This document shows positions 9,302-18,608 of a stretch of DNA of 64,000 bases, piece after piece; positions within the stretch are counted from its first letter, which is position 1; every line of letters begins with the position of its first letter. A program made the translations under genes and the position numbers. The notes below the pieces were generated by a model. It searched no databases. It worked only from the letters and a program-made list of their open reading frames with translations, and was not told where the DNA came from. This stretch comes from Polyangiaceae bacterium (GTDB lineage: Bacteria > Myxococcota_A > Polyangia > Polyangiales > Polyangiaceae): contig JBILLK010000019.1 of assembly GCA_044376115.1 (NCBI GenBank), positions 1 through 64,000 of the forward strand, given 5' to 3'.

Positions 9302-9934
9302 TCATATCACGCAAGGGTAGCCGTCCCAACAAACCCCATAGGCCTGGCCATTCGCGTAAAGCGGAGCACCGAGCTCAGTGCATATTTCTCCGGGGTTGCA
9401 ATCAGACCCGCCCAATACGCACCAGGTCATACAACAGGCGTCCAGGCCGTCGTTGACGCACTCGTTCTCGGGCGCACAGTCTCCTCGGTCGACGCAAAGT
9501 TCATAGTTGCCCCCGCTGCCAGCCGCTTCGCAGGTTGGGTCTGCGGCGATGTCCAAACTTGGAACGCAGTGCATCGAAGGACCGCAGCCAGCCGAAGGTG
9601 CTTCCGGTTCGCACATGACGCCGCCCCCCGAGCTGCTGGAGCTGGCGGGACTGGAGCTGGTCTGGCTCGCGCTGGTCTGGGACGAACTGGAGCTGCCACC
9701 GCCCACCGAAGAACTCGAGGTCGTTGGGCCGACTGCGCTGGAGGAGACGTTCTGCGAGCTGGATTGGTTGCTCGAGGTCGTTGAGGAGGTCCCACCGTTT
9801 CCGCCGCTGCCGCTCAAATTGGGGGCTGCTCCGCCGTTCTCTACGACGCCGCCCTCTCCCGTGGTGCCGCTGTCGAGGTTGGAGCCCGTGGCACACGCAG
9901 TAAGAAGAAAGGCGAGAAAAAGGGAACGCACCAT
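9302..9934 (-). CDS. Ser/Gly-rich, Cys-rich lipoprotein
   Basis: MVRSLFLAFLLTAC lipobox, long Ser-rich linker, C-terminal Cys-rich domain. Confidence 0.8.
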   Translation of the reverse strand: MVRSLFLAFLLTACATGSNLDSGTTGEGGVVENGGAAPNLSGSGGNGGTSSTTSSNQSSSQNVSSSAVGPTTSSSSVGGGSSSSSQTSASQTSSSPASSSSSGGGVMCEPEAPSAGCGPSMHCVPSLDIAADPTCEAAGSGGNYELCVDRGDCAPENECVNDGLDACCMTWCVLGGSDCNPGEICTELGAPLYANGQAYGVCWDGYPCVI

Positions 9935-10038
9935 AGCTCTACAATACGTCCCCTTTGCAACGAACAACAGCCAGCGAACTCTAGCGTGAGCGAATTCTGG
10001 GGCTCCTGGCCCACCGCGGTTCGTGCGAAAGGAATGCC

Positions 10039-11001
10039 GTGAGTTGGTTCAGTCGACGGAACTGGAGCCTTGGCTGCTCGGCTGCGCTCGGCTTGGCGGC
10101 CTGCGACGATCATGAGCGACTCAACGACGCGCCCACGGCTGAAGCTAGCTCCGTTGCGGCGATGACGGTGCGCTCGGCCGAGCTTCCGCCGCCCGCGTTG
10201 CCTACCGTGCAATCACCTCAGACTCGCCCTTCGGCCAGCGTCACGGTGGGCCCGGCCGCACGCGCGACAGCATCGGTGTCGGCTCGTCCGAGCCAGCCGG
10301 TCTTCCTCAAAGAGAACCCGGATTGTCCGGTGCCGAGCGGTTTTGAGGCCGGCTGGTCCTGGAAAAGGCTTCACCGTGTGAAGGGTTTGACCGAGCGCGC
10401 GCTGATCCTGACGCTCGATGTGGGTGCACGGATCGAGAACCTGGAGAAGGTGCTGGACGTACTCCGCGACCACGACGTCAAGACGACCATCTTCGTCTAC
10501 AGCGGTGAACTCGAGAGTCATCCGTACAGCGAAGCGGTCTTGAAGCGCATGGTGGACGAGGGCCATGAGCTCGCGAACCACACGCTCTCGCACAAGGACC
10601 TGACGAAGCTCGCTCCAGAGGCGCTCGACGAGCAGTTCGATCGCGTCGAGGCGCTACTCCAAAAGCACGTTCAGAAGAGCGCCAAGCCGTTCTTTCGAGA
10701 ACCGTTCCTCGCGACCAATGACGAGATCGACGCGCTCATTCGCAAGAAGTGTTACCGGCCGATCTGGTTCACCATCGATACGGCGGATTGGAAGACGGGG
10801 GCCAATGCCGAGGGCATCGAGAAGAGCGTGTTTGAACGAGGCGGCAAACCCCGCGTGATCGAGCCAGGCTCCATCTTCATCTTCCACGGCTCGCAAAAGG
10901 CCAACCTGGTCGCCCTGCCTCGAATCATTCAGCGACTCAAGGCGGATGGGTGGAGCTTTCTGACGTTGGGTGAGGCCCTACGGCGCTCGGGCGGCGTTTG
11001 A
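10039..11001 (+). CDS. polysaccharide deacetylase (NodB/CE4) family lipoprotein
   Basis: LAAC lipobox; LTLDVG, GHELANHTLSH, FFREPF, DTADWK and IFIFH correspond to the CE4 motifs. Confidence 0.85.
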   Translation: MSWFSRRNWSLGCSAALGLAACDDHERLNDAPTAEASSVAAMTVRSAELPPPALPTVQSPQTRPSASVTVGPAARATASVSARPSQPVFLKENPDCPVPSGFEAGWSWKRLHRVKGLTERALILTLDVGARIENLEKVLDVLRDHDVKTTIFVYSGELESHPYSEAVLKRMVDEGHELANHTLSHKDLTKLAPEALDEQFDRVEALLQKHVQKSAKPFFREPFLATNDEIDALIRKKCYRPIWFTIDTADWKTGANAEGIEKSVFERGGKPRVIEPGSIFIFHGSQKANLVALPRIIQRLKADGWSFLTLGEALRRSGGV

Positions 11002-11002
11002 G

Positions 11003-13555
11003 TTAGCGCGCTCCGCTGTCGACGGCGACGCGTACCGGCGTGGCTTTTTTTGCGCGTTCAAGCAGAGCTTGGGTCGCCTGTTCGAAGGTGCTCGACGCAT
11101 CGGGCTTGAAGCCGTCGTTGCCCAGCGAAACCGGCACTGCCGCGAAGTCCCCGGGAATCAGAAAGCCCGCTTCGGGGGGGGCGTACGCAGGCAGGTTCAC
11201 GGCCTCTCCGCGGGTGAACAGCAAGTCCACGTCGCGCGCGCCGCCGTCGTGCGCGATGCTCAGGATCTCGGCGATGCGCGACCAAGTGAGTGCGTGATCG
11301 AAGGTGCACGAAAGATCGACCACCCGGCTGCTCGGATCCTGAGCCGGCTTGGATTTTGCCAAAATCTGAATGATCGCCGCGGCGATGGCCTGTCGCCCAG
11401 CGGCGGAGTCGAGCGCTGCAACGCGGCCGACTTCCTGCCCATTCACCGCCACGCGCTCCAAGGTGACCTGGACCGCCGGGGCGATCGCCGGGGGTGGCAA
11501 GGTCGCGTCCTGCGTGCTCGGCGGTTCGAGCTTAGCGAACAAAGTGAACTGCTCTCGCAGGCTGTTCGATAGTTGATTGCGGCGATCTTGAAAGGCGCGC
11601 TCAACCAGGAACTGAGGCAAGAGGCAGAGTACGAGCACGAGGATCTGCAATGAAATGTGCTGAAGCCGGTGCGGGTTTGGATTGGGCGACGGGCGAAGGA
11701 AGAGCCAAATGAGGACTAGCGCGACGGCTGCCAACACCACCCAACTCGCGCTCACCGTCACGGCTCGATCGAGATCGGCGCGCACGATCGCTTCGACGCG
11801 TTCCGCGCGTGTTTGCGCGAACTCCGGCCAGGCGGAGGCTGCGTGGGCATCGGCTCGGCCGATGGCTGTTCCACGAGCGGCCATCACGGCTCCTAGGCCC
11901 GACGCGAGGCAGGCCTCGCGATCGAGGGAGCCGGTGAGCTCAGCAAACGCGAACATGACCAGCCCTGCGACGCACAAGAGGAAGCTCGCCGAGTGCGCGC
12001 TCGCCAGGGTGAGGGCCAGCGCGCTCGAGAACATCGCGATCCCGAGTCCGCGCAGTGCCCACGCTGCTCTTCGATTCTCGCCGATGATGGTAGAGGACGT
12101 GGTGGGAGCAAGCCGGCGGGCAGCGCGCGTTTGGTAGGTGAGCAAGCCTCCGAACAGGGCGCTGCTCAAACCGAGCCCGAGGAAGTCTCCGCTCGCGAGC
12201 TCGTAGCGCCCAAGATGAAGAATTTGGAAGCCAACGCCCGCGTCGGAGCTCTCCACCACCGAGACCACGCGTTGCCAGCCGGTGAAGGTTGAGATCGATG
12301 CGCCCAGCGCCGGCAACAGCGATAGAGCAAATAGCGCAAGGGTGATGCGACTGCTACCGCGGGCTCGCGCACCAAGCGCGATGAGGCTGATCAGCGCGAT
12401 CACAAACAGCAGCACCGACAGCGGTCCGCCGAAGCCAGCCATCGTCATCCAGTGATGCACCGCGTGCCGTTCGGTCCCGGCGTAGCCGACAAGCCAAAAA
12501 AGCCCCAACCACAGCAACACCACCAGCAGCGGAACTCGCCATGTCGGCTGTGGAGCCGAGTCGGTGGAGGTAGCGAGCTCGGTGCGCGCGGTGCCTACCT
12601 CTGACGCTTCGGCCCGTAGACCTGAACGCGGCTCCGACACGAGCGCATCGGCGCGCAGGCTGTTCACGCCGCCGCCCGTCGCAAAGCCGAAGGCGCGATC
12701 GCCTTCGGCGACGACCATCGCCATATCGGCGAAGCGTTGCTCCCCGGATTTTGCGACGAGCTTCTCAAGGAAGGTGGTCACAGCCTCGGACACGACCACA
12801 CCGTGCTCCGAAAGCGGCGGTGGTGGCGCGTGAAGGTGCAGTGAGAGCAGCTCGGGGTACTTCGACGAAAGGAAGGGAGGGCGCCCGGCCATGAGCTCGT
12901 AGAGCATGATGCCGAACGCATATTGATCGGTGGTTGCGTCGACGGGTTGCGACCACCACTGCTCGGGTGCCATGTAGACGGGCGTGCCGATCGGCGCTCC
13001 CGTGGCCGTCAGGTTTGCAGGCGGAGCGCTCGCAGGATCCGAAGGGTCTTCGGTCCACTTGGCGATGCCGAAGTCGAGTAGGACGGGGCGAACTGCGTCG
13101 TCGTACGCGGCAAGAAAGATGTTCTCGGGCTTCAGATCGCGATGCAGTACCGACGCTTTGTGCGCCGCGGCCAAGCCGAGACCAACCTCGCGCAGCACTG
13201 CCCACGCCGCAGCCGGCGTGAACTTCCCGCAGCGCGAAAGTTCCTCACGGAGCGAGCGGCCACTCAAGAGCGGCATCACGAAATAGGGTCGCCCGTCGTC
13301 GAGCTTGCCGAAGGCGAATACATCGATCACGGCTGGATGCCTGACCAAGCTCATGCTCTTGGCCTCGCGCTCAAAACGCTGCAGGTTGCGCTCATCGCTG
13401 GCGAGCTCAGGCAAGAGCGCCTTGATCGCGACGCGCCGACCGATCGTGGTCTCTTCCGCCTCGTACACGGCGCCCATTCCGCCTGCACCGAGCGGTCGAA
13501 CGATGCGGTAGCCGAGCAGCTGTGTGCCTGGCGTGAGCAAGCGATCTTCCTTCAC
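11003..13555 (-). CDS. Ser/Thr protein kinase with multi-pass TM region and ExbD/TolR-like C-terminal domain
   Basis: GAGGMGAVY, HRDLKPEN, DFG, GTPVYMAPE; several hydrophobic helices; C-terminal VAVNGQEV...DHALTWSRIAEILSIAHDGG. Confidence 0.9.
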   Translation of the reverse strand: MKEDRLLTPGTQLLGYRIVRPLGAGGMGAVYEAEETTIGRRVAIKALLPELASDERNLQRFEREAKSMSLVRHPAVIDVFAFGKLDDGRPYFVMPLLSGRSLREELSRCGKFTPAAAWAVLREVGLGLAAAHKASVLHRDLKPENIFLAAYDDAVRPVLLDFGIAKWTEDPSDPASAPPANLTATGAPIGTPVYMAPEQWWSQPVDATTDQYAFGIMLYELMAGRPPFLSSKYPELLSLHLHAPPPPLSEHGVVVSEAVTTFLEKLVAKSGEQRFADMAMVVAEGDRAFGFATGGGVNSLRADALVSEPRSGLRAEASEVGTARTELATSTDSAPQPTWRVPLLVVLLWLGLFWLVGYAGTERHAVHHWMTMAGFGGPLSVLLFVIALISLIALGARARGSSRITLALFALSLLPALGASISTFTGWQRVVSVVESSDAGVGFQILHLGRYELASGDFLGLGLSSALFGGLLTYQTRAARRLAPTTSSTIIGENRRAAWALRGLGIAMFSSALALTLASAHSASFLLCVAGLVMFAFAELTGSLDREACLASGLGAVMAARGTAIGRADAHAASAWPEFAQTRAERVEAIVRADLDRAVTVSASWVVLAAVALVLIWLFLRPSPNPNPHRLQHISLQILVLVLCLLPQFLVERAFQDRRNQLSNSLREQFTLFAKLEPPSTQDATLPPPAIAPAVQVTLERVAVNGQEVGRVAALDSAAGRQAIAAAIIQILAKSKPAQDPSSRVVDLSCTFDHALTWSRIAEILSIAHDGGARDVDLLFTRGEAVNLPAYAPPEAGFLIPGDFAAVPVSLGNDGFKPDASSTFEQATQALLERAKKATPVRVAVDSGAR

Positions 13556-15111
13556 CGCGAAGGACGCTCCTCGCGCGACAAGCCGAAGGCGCGTATGAGT
13601 TCATTCAAGCGCGAGCGTGAGAGCGAGAGACGGCGCGCTGCCTCGCTGACGTTCCACTCTGTCTCGCGTAGTGCGGCCTCGACCAACTGGGCTTGAAATT
13701 CCCGGGTCTTGAGCTGAAAGTCGCCAACAGCCGACGGACTCGTTGCCTCCGCTTTGGACGCCTCTGCGGCTTTGGGCTTGCCGAACAGATGTCGCGCCTC
13801 GATGGCGAAAGCCCCTTCGCCGAGCGCCGTCGCCCAGCCGCGGGCGATCGTGTTCTCGAGCTGACGCACATTGCCTGGCCAGTCGGCTTGCGCGAGTTCC
13901 AGGCGGGCACCGCTGGAGAGCGGTAAGGCCGGTGCCTCTTCACCGCCCAAGCGTGCCGCGATGGCGTCGGCGATGTCTTCGATGTCGGAGGCGCGCTCAC
14001 GCAAGGGTGGCAGCACGATCTCGAGGACGTTGAGCCGGTAGTAAAGATCCTCGCGGAAGGATTTGTTGGCGATGGCTGCCTCGAGAGCGCGGTTGGTTGC
14101 TGCCACGATGCGCACGTCTGCCGTGATGGTGGATGTGCCACCGAGCCGCAAATAACGTTTGGACTGAAGAAAGGAGAGCAGCTTGGTTTGCGCGGTCAGT
14201 GAAAGTTCTCCGACCTCATCCAAAAAGAGCGTCCCGCCCTCGGCAGCCTCGACCTTGCCGATGATGCGTTGATGGGCTTGGCTGTGCGCGCCGCGCTCTG
14301 CGCCGAAGAACTCCCCTTCGAACAGCGACTCGGGCAAGGCCGCGACATTGAGCTCAACGAACGGCTTCGCGCGGCGTGTCGAGGCGTCATGCAGCGCGCG
14401 CGCGATGGCGCTCTTGCCAGTCCCGCTCTCCCCGCGAAGCAGTACCGCGACAGGCACCTGCGCGGCGGCCAGCACCTCTCGCATGACGTTCGCCAGCGCT
14501 GGGCTGCGACCGGCGAGCGAGAACCCCGGTAGCTTTGCGCGCAACGCCGCCGTGTGATCGACTTTGGAGTCGTCCGCGCGGCGGAGCAGTCGATCGACGT
14601 GAGGGCCGATCACCTTGGCTGCGAGTTCACAGAGGGAGCGATCAACCTCTGGGAACGGGCCGGGCTTTGCTCGGCCTGCAAGATAGAGCACGCCGATCGA
14701 GCCGAGATCTTCGCCTCGGCTGCTTCGGGCCGAGAGCGGCGCGCACAGCACCGCTTGGATCTTTCCGGCCTGAACGCTCTGAAAGCCGGAGTAGCGCGGA
14801 TCGGCTGTCGCTGACGCGGTGGATATGGTTTGGCCGGTTCGAAGGGCGTCGCGGATGATGCCTTGCGAGAGGTTCGCTCGCACCGCCAGACGCTCTTCTG
14901 CCGCAAGCCCCTTGGAAACTTCCAGCAGGGGAGGCGCACCGGCTTCACCCTCAACGGCGAGAAAGCCGCGCTGCGCGCCAGTCACCTCCACCAGCAGATC
15001 CAGGACCTCCGCTGCGTAGGGGGCCGCATCTTCGGCCAGTCCGACCTGCAATAAACGGTAGAAAAGGTTCCGTTCGCGCGCCAAGCGCTCGGGATCTTCG
15101 TTGGGATGCAC
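13552..15111 (-). CDS. GAF-AAA+-HTH (Fis) sigma54-type enhancer-binding protein, non-canonical L1 loop
   Basis: GAF domain, Walker A GESGTGKS, GGTLFLDEVGEL, FREDLYYRLNV, WPGNVRQLEN, C-terminal NVSEAARRL HTH; GAHSQA instead of GAFTGA. Confidence 0.92.
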   Translation of the reverse strand: MHPNEDPERLARERNLFYRLLQVGLAEDAAPYAAEVLDLLVEVTGAQRGFLAVEGEAGAPPLLEVSKGLAAEERLAVRANLSQGIIRDALRTGQTISTASATADPRYSGFQSVQAGKIQAVLCAPLSARSSRGEDLGSIGVLYLAGRAKPGPFPEVDRSLCELAAKVIGPHVDRLLRRADDSKVDHTAALRAKLPGFSLAGRSPALANVMREVLAAAQVPVAVLLRGESGTGKSAIARALHDASTRRAKPFVELNVAALPESLFEGEFFGAERGAHSQAHQRIIGKVEAAEGGTLFLDEVGELSLTAQTKLLSFLQSKRYLRLGGTSTITADVRIVAATNRALEAAIANKSFREDLYYRLNVLEIVLPPLRERASDIEDIADAIAARLGGEEAPALPLSSGARLELAQADWPGNVRQLENTIARGWATALGEGAFAIEARHLFGKPKAAEASKAEATSPSAVGDFQLKTREFQAQLVEAALRETEWNVSEAARRLSLSRSRLNELIRAFGLSREERPSR

Positions 15112-15199
15112 CGCGGGCGAGCTTACCAGTTCGACCTCAAGGCAGCAGACCTCCGTTATCCGGCGAGAAACTTCCTAGCGAATGTACTAGGCTGAGCCG

Positions 15200-16624
15200 G
15201 TGCGATTCCGACGTGCCAAGATTGTGTGCACCATTGGTCCCTCGTGTGACTCCGAAGAGAAGCTCGGTGCGCTGATACGCGCCGGCATGGACGTCGCGCG
15301 GCTCAACTTTTCTCATGGCACCCACGAGGAGCACGGTGCCCGCATCGAGCGCATTCGTGCAGCGTCGATCGCTTGCGATCGGCCGGTGGCCATCCTTCAA
15401 GATCTTTGTGGTCCGAAGATCCGCGCGGGCAAGTTCAACCGGCCCAACCCGGAGTTCCCCACCGGGTCGATCGCTTATTTGGTGGAGGCCGGGAAAGAGC
15501 CTCCGACCGATCCGCTCGAGATCCCGGTCCAATACGAGGGCCTAACGCAAGACCTTGCCCCGGGTGATCGCGTGCTCGTGGATGACGGGCAAGACGTGAT
15601 GAGCGTGCTCGCGATCGAGGGAGAGCGCGTCAAAGTGAGCGTCATCTCCGGCGGAATCTTGCGCGATCGTTTGGGCATCTCGCTGCCCAGCCGGCGCGTG
15701 CGTCTCTCGGCCTTGACCGAGAAAGACAAGGCGGACCTCGCGTTTGGTTTGCGTGCCGGCGTGGACTACGTGGCGCTCTCCTTCGTGAGAGACGCGGACG
15801 ACGTGAAGCTGCTGCGCGAAATTTGCGACGCCTGGGGTCGCAAGACGCCCATCGTCTCGAAGATCGAGACCCCCAGCGCGATCGAGCGCCTCGAGTCGAT
15901 CATCGACGCTTCGGACGCCGTGATGGTGGCCCGCGGCGATCTCGGCGTGGAGATCGGCCCTGAGTACGTCCCGATTCTGCAGCGCAAGATCATGACGCTC
16001 GCGCGGCAACACCAGAAGCCTGTCATCGTCGCGACCGAAATGTTGCAGTCGATGGTCACGGCTACACGGCCCACCCGCGCCGAGGCGAGCGACGTAGCGA
16101 CCGCCGTGTTCGAAGGCACCGACGCGGTGATGCTCTCGGGCGAGACGGCCTCCGGCGCTCACCCCGAGTTGGTCGTGCGCATGATGAGCCGCATCATCCA
16201 CGAAGCGGAGATGAGCGCTTATTACAACCCGCTGCCGAGCGAGACACCAGGCACCAAAGCCAACGTCGCCGAGGCCATCGCGCGCAACGCGTGCGATATC
16301 GCGCGAGACATTGGGGCGCGCTTCATCATCGCCTTCACCGAGGGCGGCAATACGGCGCGTTATGCGTCGAAGCATCGCCCGGTCGTGCCGGTGGTTGCCT
16401 TCTCGCCGAACGAGGTCACGCGCCGCAGGCTTTCGTTGCTTTGGGGCGTCGTTCCCTACCAGTCGAACCTCATGCGCGACGCTGACGAGATGGTTCAGCG
16501 CGCTACAGCTCACATGCTCGGCGCTGGGTTGGTCTCACCGGGAGACCGCGTGGTTGCGATCTTCGGTGCGCCGGTTGGAGTCACGGGCACGACCAACTCG
16601 ATTCGAGTCGTGGTTGTCGAATGA
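15200..16624 (+). CDS. pyk: pyruvate kinase
   Basis: KIVCTIGP, ARLNFSHG, DLCGPKIR, KIE, MVARGDLGVE, ATEMLQSM, PTRAEASDV, MLSGETA. Confidence 0.97.
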   Translation: MRFRRAKIVCTIGPSCDSEEKLGALIRAGMDVARLNFSHGTHEEHGARIERIRAASIACDRPVAILQDLCGPKIRAGKFNRPNPEFPTGSIAYLVEAGKEPPTDPLEIPVQYEGLTQDLAPGDRVLVDDGQDVMSVLAIEGERVKVSVISGGILRDRLGISLPSRRVRLSALTEKDKADLAFGLRAGVDYVALSFVRDADDVKLLREICDAWGRKTPIVSKIETPSAIERLESIIDASDAVMVARGDLGVEIGPEYVPILQRKIMTLARQHQKPVIVATEMLQSMVTATRPTRAEASDVATAVFEGTDAVMLSGETASGAHPELVVRMMSRIIHEAEMSAYYNPLPSETPGTKANVAEAIARNACDIARDIGARFIIAFTEGGNTARYASKHRPVVPVVAFSPNEVTRRRLSLLWGVVPYQSNLMRDADEMVQRATAHMLGAGLVSPGDRVVAIFGAPVGVTGTTNSIRVVVVE

Positions 16625-18600
16625 CCCAGGCTGCGCTTCGTGACGATCTCCCGAAGCTCGAGAAGTACGAGCTTTGTGAGGAGATTGGCCACGGAGGCAT
16701 GGCCACGGTGTATCGCGCGAAGGACCTCCGCTTAGGGCGTGAGGTCGCGGTAAAGATCATCCATCGCCACCTGCGAGAGAACTCGGAGGTGGCAACGCGC
16801 TTCATCGCTGAGGCGCGCGCCGCAGCGAAGCTAAAGCACCGTGGGATCGTCGAGGTGTACGACGTCTCCGGTGAAGAGGACCGCGAGCGCTTCCTGGTGG
16901 TGGAGCTCGTCAAGGGCGTAACGCTGCGCAAGATCTTGCAGGACCATCGCGACATGCCGGCGGAGGTCGGGGCGGCGATCGTGATCGAGCTCTGCGACGC
17001 TCTCGAACACGCGCACGAGTCCGGCATCATCCACCGCGACATCAAGCCAGAGAACGTGCTCGTGGGGCTCGCGGAGAAAGCGCCTGCGGAGGCGAACTCG
17101 AAGCGCCCGCCGGGGGACGGCGCGAAGCGAGAACCTGGCCCGGCCGACTCGGCTGGGCGCAGCGATGCGGAGCCGCCCGCGTCGAATCCGCGCGACTCTC
17201 AGAAGAAGCCGAGCAGCGCGCGTGCGCCGCGCTCCAAGGCGCCCGGCGTGATCCTGAAGATCACCGACTTCGGGATCGCCAAGATCCTCGATGCTCAAGG
17301 CGTGACGTCGACGGGCCAAGTGTTGGGCTCCCCAGCCCACATGGCGCCCGAACAAATTGAAGGCGGTGAGGTCGATCCTCGCACAGATGTATTCGCCCTC
17401 GGCGTGGTGCTTTACGAGTGTTTGGTGGGTCACCTGCCATTTGACGGGAAGAACCCAGCGCAGGTGTTGCGGCGAGTGCTCGACGGCAAGTACGCACCCG
17501 CCGATCAAGAGCGGCCCAGTGTGGGCAGCGTGTTCGCGCGCATCGTGGATCGTGCGCTCGCGGGAGATCTCAAAGACCGTCCGGCTACTCCTGCAGCGCT
17601 GGCCGAACTGCTGCGCAAAGAGCTGCTCTCGCTCGGGCTGGGCGACCCACGCGGCGAGATCGAGAAGTACTTCGCCGATGATCGCCGCTACGCGGAGGAG
17701 CTACGAAAGAACCTGGTAACGGCGCTGGTGACGCGCGCGGAAGAGGCCCGGCGGGACAAGCGGATGGCGGACGCCGCGGCCGACTTCAACCGGGCGCACG
17801 CTTTAGCGCCGGAGGATCTCGTGATCCTCAAGCGCATGACCCAGCTCGGCCGCGGCGCAGGGGCGCTGAAGACGCAGAAGCGCATCGCCTTCGTGTTGGC
17901 GGCGTCATTGGGCTTGGGCGGTGCTGCGTATCTCGTGGCTCGCGGGCTCCGCGCGGATAACAGCTCCAAACGCTTGGTGCCCACCACGCTGGCCGGACGC
18001 TCGGTCGCGCCGCCGTTTTCACGCGCTCGCGTGTTGGCCTCTGAACGACGCCCTTATGTGGCAGCGTCGGTGACGCTGTCGAGTCGACCTTCGGCCGAGG
18101 CCTCGGCGCAGCCGCGCGCAACGAGCTCTGCCGTTGCTCCTGCGGCCGGGGATCGGCTAGTGCGCTTCAACGTCAACCCGAAGGGCGCCTTGCTCGAGGT
18201 GGATGGCTTCTCGGTGGACCACATCACCGCTGTGATTCCGCTCGCTCCAGGCCGTCATTCGGCGAAGCTCACTCCGCAGCTCGGGGACAAGTCGTTCGAC
18301 GTCACGAGTGCATCCTTTACGGTGGAGCCGCGCGCGGCGGGGGAGAACGAGAGTAGCGTGCAGAAGATTCAGCTGGGTACGTCGTTCAAGAACGCCAGAG
18401 TGAGTCTGCTTGCGCCCGCTGGTGGTCAGGCCGTTTGTGGCGCCATCAATCTCGCCGCCGGCAGCAACACCATCGTGATGCGCAACGCCGTGTACGAAGG
18501 CAAATGCCAGTTCCTCGCACCGGGTCGTGACACCGCGTCGGCCTTCGTCACGATCAAGGCCGGCGAAGACAACGTCGTGCCTTGGCCGTCCGGGGGCTGA
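16621..18600 (+). CDS. Ser/Thr protein kinase with TPR-like helix, TM and extracellular beta domain
   Basis: GHGGMATVY, HRDIKPEN, DFG, GSPAHMAPE; start overlaps the pyk stop (ATGA). Confidence 0.93.
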   Translation: MTQAALRDDLPKLEKYELCEEIGHGGMATVYRAKDLRLGREVAVKIIHRHLRENSEVATRFIAEARAAAKLKHRGIVEVYDVSGEEDRERFLVVELVKGVTLRKILQDHRDMPAEVGAAIVIELCDALEHAHESGIIHRDIKPENVLVGLAEKAPAEANSKRPPGDGAKREPGPADSAGRSDAEPPASNPRDSQKKPSSARAPRSKAPGVILKITDFGIAKILDAQGVTSTGQVLGSPAHMAPEQIEGGEVDPRTDVFALGVVLYECLVGHLPFDGKNPAQVLRRVLDGKYAPADQERPSVGSVFARIVDRALAGDLKDRPATPAALAELLRKELLSLGLGDPRGEIEKYFADDRRYAEELRKNLVTALVTRAEEARRDKRMADAAADFNRAHALAPEDLVILKRMTQLGRGAGALKTQKRIAFVLAASLGLGGAAYLVARGLRADNSSKRLVPTTLAGRSVAPPFSRARVLASERRPYVAASVTLSSRPSAEASAQPRATSSAVAPAAGDRLVRFNVNPKGALLEVDGFSVDHITAVIPLAPGRHSAKLTPQLGDKSFDVTSASFTVEPRAAGENESSVQKIQLGTSFKNARVSLLAPAGGQAVCGAINLAAGSNTIVMRNAVYEGKCQFLAPGRDTASAFVTIKAGEDNVVPWPSGG

Positions 18601-18608
18601 ACGCGGGT

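Noticed and set aside
8770..9934. Cys-rich small proteins as RiPP precursors
   Set aside because: Both have lipoprotein signal peptides and low-complexity linkers typical of myxobacterial surface lipoproteins; no adjacent maturases.
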